Source: a virus
Taxonomy: Duplodnaviria; Caudoviricetes
Strand: one strand, 5' to 3'
Length of the DNA stretch: 64,000 nt
IMG/VR virus record: IMGVR_UViG_3300028048_000142
Span: 106 to 64,105 of that record
Position 1 is the first letter of the stretch; each line of letters begins with the position of its first letter. Made by a program: the position numbers and the translations under genes. The notes under the pieces are model-generated. The model did not search any database and was not told the origin of the DNA. It was given only the letters and a program-made list of their open reading frames with translations. Of this stretch, positions 60,032 to 64,000 are shown piece by piece.

Positions 60032-60454
60032 CTAGGCAAGTATTTCAATGTTTGATGAATTTTCTGTAACTTGAATTATTTTGCCGTTTAATTCTTCAAT
60101 CTCAGCCTTAGTTGTTGCAAGTTCTAAAGTAGTTTTAGAACCGTTGCTTGTTTGAATGACAAAAGTTGTCACCTCACCTAAATTTGAAGTATCAAAAACA
60201 TAAAAACCGTGTTGATTCTGTTCAAGTGTAATCAATTCCCACGGATTATTGAGTTTAATACTCATAGTTTCCCAATTTTCTGAATCAATCCAAATCTCAT
60301 TGTTGCCTAAAAAAGTCTGCAAGATCTCATAATTTGTCATCGTTTCCGGTTTTGCTAATGTAATAGCCTCTTCAACCTGTTCAATAGTTTGGAATGTATT
60401 TTTGAAATTACGATAAAGCCGTTTTAAACCGGTTCTGTTAAAATATTCTGCCAT
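60032..60454 (-). CDS. short paralogue of the 62039-63499 fibre protein
   Basis: Shares N-terminal GLK..Y.N.K..F and C-terminal NEIW.DS...ATKAEI domains. Confidence 0.7.
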   Translation of the reverse strand: MAEYFNRTGLKRLYRNFKNTFQTIEQVEEAITLAKPETMTNYEILQTFLGNNEIWIDSENWETMSIKLNNPWELITLEQNQHGFYVFDTSNLGEVTTFVIQTSNGSKTTLELATTKAEIEELNGKIIQVTENSSNIEILA

Positions 60455-60504
60455 TTTTAGAATTCCTATAAATAAGTTTTATTATTATTTATATTTATAT
60501 ATAA

Positions 60505-61979
60505 GGAACTGTAAATAAATAACTTCCGAAATTTAATACATATAAATATATACAAAATTATTTATATTTTTTTATTGCATTTAAATTTTAGAGTAGTATA
60601 CTATATGTATGAAAGATGAAACAAAAACATTATTATCATGTGATACTCAATTCACACCATTTGATTCAATTTATGAAGAATTGGATCATGTATTGTTTTT
60701 GTCTAAAAATCTATATAATACTTGTGTATATATAATACGTCAACTTTTCTTTAAAAAGCGTGACTGTACAGATCCAGTTTTAAAATCAAGCATGAAAGGA
60801 TATATGACTGGATTTGAGTTGTCAAAAATGCTTCAAGATGAAGATAATGTTGATTATAGAGCCTTGCCTGCTGCTGCAGCGCAGCAAGTTTGCAAGCAAG
60901 TTGATAAAGCTTTCAAGGCATATTTTGCAGCATGTAAAGAGGGTTTAACCCCAGAACTACCAAAATACTTAGATAAAGTAAAAGGTCGTAATAAACTTTC
61001 TTTTGCAAAGAATGGAATTTTAAAGAATAATTTAAAAAATGGATTCATAACGCTAGTTAAATTAGGTATCACATTTAAACTTCCAGAATATATAGATTGT
61101 GAATCAGTTCAACAAATTGATATTATTAAAACCGGTAATAGAACCATAAAAGTTATAATCATTTATGCAGTTCCTAAAGTTGAAATGAAAAAGAACAACA
61201 ATAGAATTTTAGGAATTGATGTTGGTGTTAATAATTTGATGGCTGTAGTATCAAATACTAATGATTTTAAGCCAATAATCTATGATGGAAGACCAATTAA
61301 GGAAATCAACCAGTTTTGTAATAAATATGTTGCTAAATATAAAAGTTTATCTAAAAATGTAATAACTGAACGTATATGTTCAATTTATAGAAATCGAGAA
61401 AACAAAATCGATGATTGTTTTCATAAAATAGTCAACGATTTGATTAATCAAGCAGTTTCTAACGATTTTAGTGTTATCGTTATCGGTAAAAATAAAGGTT
61501 GGAAACAAGAGGTCAAACTTGGTGATCAAAACAATCAAAATTTTGTTTGTATACCTCATAATCTGTTAATCAATATGATTAAGTATAAAGCCGCATTATA
61601 TGGTATTACGGTTATAGAAACTGAGGAATCTTATACTTCTATATGTTCTTTCTTTGATAATGAATTTCCGTGTTATCACGAAAATTATAAAGGAGAAAGA
61701 GTGAAAAGAGGATTGTTTAAGAGTTCTTTAGGGTTTATAAATGCCGATTTGAATGCTGCTTTAAACATAATCAGAAAAGTATTTCCAGAGTTTAGCTGTG
61801 AAACAGCTAATTTGAGTATAAATCATTTTAAAAATGTATTAAAGGTAAGCCCTAAGATGCTGTGTAACAGCAATCATCGGGTCTAGTGGGGTCGGGCGAT
61901 TCCTTCAATTTTAAAGCCTTAAACAAGTTTTAAAGTTGTAAATGTAAATAAATTTCGGAAGTTATTTATTTACAATGCC
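60505..61979 (+). mobile_element. TIR-bounded TnpB element 2
   Basis: 31-bp TIR (29/31) GG(A/C)A(C/T)TGTAAATAAATAACTTCCGAAATTTA; TAA on both flanks. Confidence 0.88.
60609..61886 (+). CDS. tnpB: TnpB RNA-guided nuclease
   Basis: SKNLYN, GIDVGVNNL, IVIGKNKGWKQ, EESYTS, INADLNAALNI. Confidence 0.93.
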   Translation: MKDETKTLLSCDTQFTPFDSIYEELDHVLFLSKNLYNTCVYIIRQLFFKKRDCTDPVLKSSMKGYMTGFELSKMLQDEDNVDYRALPAAAAQQVCKQVDKAFKAYFAACKEGLTPELPKYLDKVKGRNKLSFAKNGILKNNLKNGFITLVKLGITFKLPEYIDCESVQQIDIIKTGNRTIKVIIIYAVPKVEMKKNNNRILGIDVGVNNLMAVVSNTNDFKPIIYDGRPIKEINQFCNKYVAKYKSLSKNVITERICSIYRNRENKIDDCFHKIVNDLINQAVSNDFSVIVIGKNKGWKQEVKLGDQNNQNFVCIPHNLLINMIKYKAALYGITVIETEESYTSICSFFDNEFPCYHENYKGERVKRGLFKSSLGFINADLNAALNIIRKVFPEFSCETANLSINHFKNVLKVSPKMLCNSNHRV

Positions 61980-62038
61980 TAAAAAATGGGATGTAATTCT
62001 GCACCCCATTCAATCTTATTTTAAGTTAATCTTAAAAA

Positions 62039-63499
62039 TTACTCAGCAACTACTGTTACATCAGTTGAACCATTTGCAACGGAAATGATCTTGCCTTTGT
62101 AAGCAACGATTTCAGCTTTAGTAGCAGCCAACACACCGGTTGTATTAGTACTACCGTCAGACAGTACAAATGTATCTGCATCGGATGGAACTTCGGTTGT
62201 ATTGATTGCATAGTAGTCGTAATCATTCTTGGTTAAAGAAACTGCGGTTTCACCGGTCTTGGTCAATACAGTCATTGCAGCCCAATCACTGTCAACCCAG
62301 ATTTCATTTTCACCAACAAACAGAGCATCAACTTCAGCTTCGGTGATAGAATCAGCAATGTTAACTTTGGTATCGAGTCCAGCCTTAACAACTTTGTTCT
62401 GTACACCCTTTTCAGAGTTTGCATCTAAAGTATCATCAAGACTAACAGCACCGGTACTTGGATCAACATTAACTACAGTCTGCAGATTTGCGATATCGTT
62501 TGCAAAACCGTGAGCTGCTAACATTGTGTTAACATCTTTTGGTGTTACAATCTTATCAGCAACAGTAGAATCGGTTGTTAAATCGGCAGCAGCAGCTAAA
62601 CCGGCAACATCGTCTAAGTCGCTAGAAACGAGAGTTACATCACCAAACTTACCGGCAACAGAGGTTACATAACCGGCTGTACTGATTTCCTTTGTAATGA
62701 GTGTTGCATTTACACCTTCAACCGGTGGGACTGCCTGTAAATCTTCAGCAACGGCAGGCTGATAACCAGTGATTATAAAGGTTTTTGAATGACCATTACC
62801 ATCGTAATCAGTAACTACTAATACATCACCTTCTTTACTGGTCTTGGTTACATTATTATCCTCATATAAAGCAAAATTATCAGAATTGATTAAATAAGCA
62901 TCATATAGGGCTTTAGTGTCTAAAGTTGTAACGCTGGTGATTGATAAATCAGGTAACTGACCATTAGGAATCTTACCATCAGCACCTAAAGTAGCAACAC
63001 CGTTTGCTGCACCTTTCTGTGATAATGGAACATAATCAGCAATTGCAGTATCAACATAGGTCTTAACAGCACCGCCGCTAACAGCCTTGGTAGAACCTTC
63101 GATTACACTTGCATCACATGTTACAGCACCGGTACTTGAGTCTACAGTGAATACATCTTCAATGTTTCCAACACGGGTTGTAAGAGCATCGAGAGCATTA
63201 GATAAAGCAGCACTTGAATCGCATTCTACCCATGCACCGCCTTCATAAACCCAAGATTTATAGCTGTGAACTTGATCAGGAGCCTCACCTGTTACGGTAT
63301 CAACAATATACAAAACACCTTCAGCCGGGGATTCTACGGATTCTTTAGATGCTACAATCTGTACAGCATCTCTACGGTATTCACTGATTACACTGTCAAT
63401 CTGTGCAGCTACTTGGGTTTCGGTTCTGAAAACCTTTTTTAAATTAGTGTAGAAAAACTTTAAGCCAGCTTGGTCAATATATCTTTTCTTGTCACTCAT
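62039..63499 (-). CDS. virion fibre protein
   Basis: Late promoter; KGAANGVATLGADGKIP..QLP and VTSVAGKFGDV fibre motifs. Confidence 0.75.
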   Translation of the reverse strand: MSDKKRYIDQAGLKFFYTNLKKVFRTETQVAAQIDSVISEYRRDAVQIVASKESVESPAEGVLYIVDTVTGEAPDQVHSYKSWVYEGGAWVECDSSAALSNALDALTTRVGNIEDVFTVDSSTGAVTCDASVIEGSTKAVSGGAVKTYVDTAIADYVPLSQKGAANGVATLGADGKIPNGQLPDLSITSVTTLDTKALYDAYLINSDNFALYEDNNVTKTSKEGDVLVVTDYDGNGHSKTFIITGYQPAVAEDLQAVPPVEGVNATLITKEISTAGYVTSVAGKFGDVTLVSSDLDDVAGLAAAADLTTDSTVADKIVTPKDVNTMLAAHGFANDIANLQTVVNVDPSTGAVSLDDTLDANSEKGVQNKVVKAGLDTKVNIADSITEAEVDALFVGENEIWVDSDWAAMTVLTKTGETAVSLTKNDYDYYAINTTEVPSDADTFVLSDGSTNTTGVLAATKAEIVAYKGKIISVANGSTDVTVVAE

Positions 63500-63654
63500 A
63501 TATTATTCCTTTTTAATGTTAACAATTGTTAAAGTTACGTTTTAACACCCTTTCGGGCAAGTCGTAATTTGATGAATATTTTTTTGTATTCTATCTTTAT
63601 TTATATTTTTTAAGATTTTTTCCTAAAATTTCGGGGGTGGATTAGGGGGGTTGA

Positions 63655-64000
63655 AAGTGGTTAAAAAGTAATCAAAAGTCCCCAAACTGTTAATAAACTT
63701 TTGGCAAAAGCCAATAGTTTATCATCACTTTGAGGGTGTTTTGGGGTTCTTTAACAGTTCAGAGCCATGCTCTATGTGGCTAAAAAGTAATCAAAACCTT
63801 TCAAACTGCTAATAAACTTTTGGCAAAAGCCAATAGTTTATCATCACTTTGAGCATGTTTTTAGGATTCTGTAACAGTTCAGAGCCTTGCTCTATGTGGC
63901 TAAAAAGTAATCAAAACCTTTCAAACTGTTAATAAACTTTTGGCAAAAGCCAATAGTTTATCATCACTTTGAGCATGTTTTTAGGATTCTGTATCAGTTT
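63655..64000 (-). repeat. second tandem array (119-120 bp unit), inverted relative to 39668-40504, runs off the window
   Basis: TAAAAAGTAATC at 63662, 63781, 63901; reverse complement matches array 1 minus about 10 nt. Confidence 0.95.

Noticed and set aside
390-62513. Numerous 60-130 aa ORFs overlapping larger genes (e.g. 390-626, 3858-4256, 8759-9076, 42029-42430, 62229-62513)
   Set aside because: Antisense or off-frame shadows of well-supported genes, with no motifs or SD
63632-63652. G-quadruplex next to array 2
   Set aside because: Only two long G runs; insufficient for a canonical intramolecular quadruplex

Overview
AT-rich segment of a large T4-like (myovirus) phage genome with scrambled gene order resembling the Campylobacter Eucampyvirinae. 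Core genes recognised: gp3, gp15, gp23, gp14, gp19, gp18, gp4, C-terminal half of gp17, gp32, gp45, DsbA, UvsW, EndoVII and a GH19 endolysin, with TATAAATA late promoters upstream of most virion genes. The accessory content is very rich. There are five OMEGA RNA-guided nuclease loci: two near-identical IscB/omegaRNA copies, one canonical IS605-type TnpB, and two TnpBs bounded by 29-31 bp terminal inverted repeats with TTA/TAA target duplications instead of IS605 ends. A promoter-driven orphan RNA resembles the right end of one TIR-TnpB element. A second 25-bp TIR family brackets a MmeI-like RM gene and adjoins an orphan Panacea antitoxin and an HpaI-like methyltransferase. Also present: methyltransferases captured with only stubs of their restriction genes, two Hef-like endonucleases, a ParM-like actin, a cluster of predicted injected internal head proteins, two inverted arrays of 120-130 bp hairpin-rich repeats, and CRP boxes at class I/II positions of phage sigma70 promoters. 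All protein calls come from motif recognition by eye; no database searches were run.
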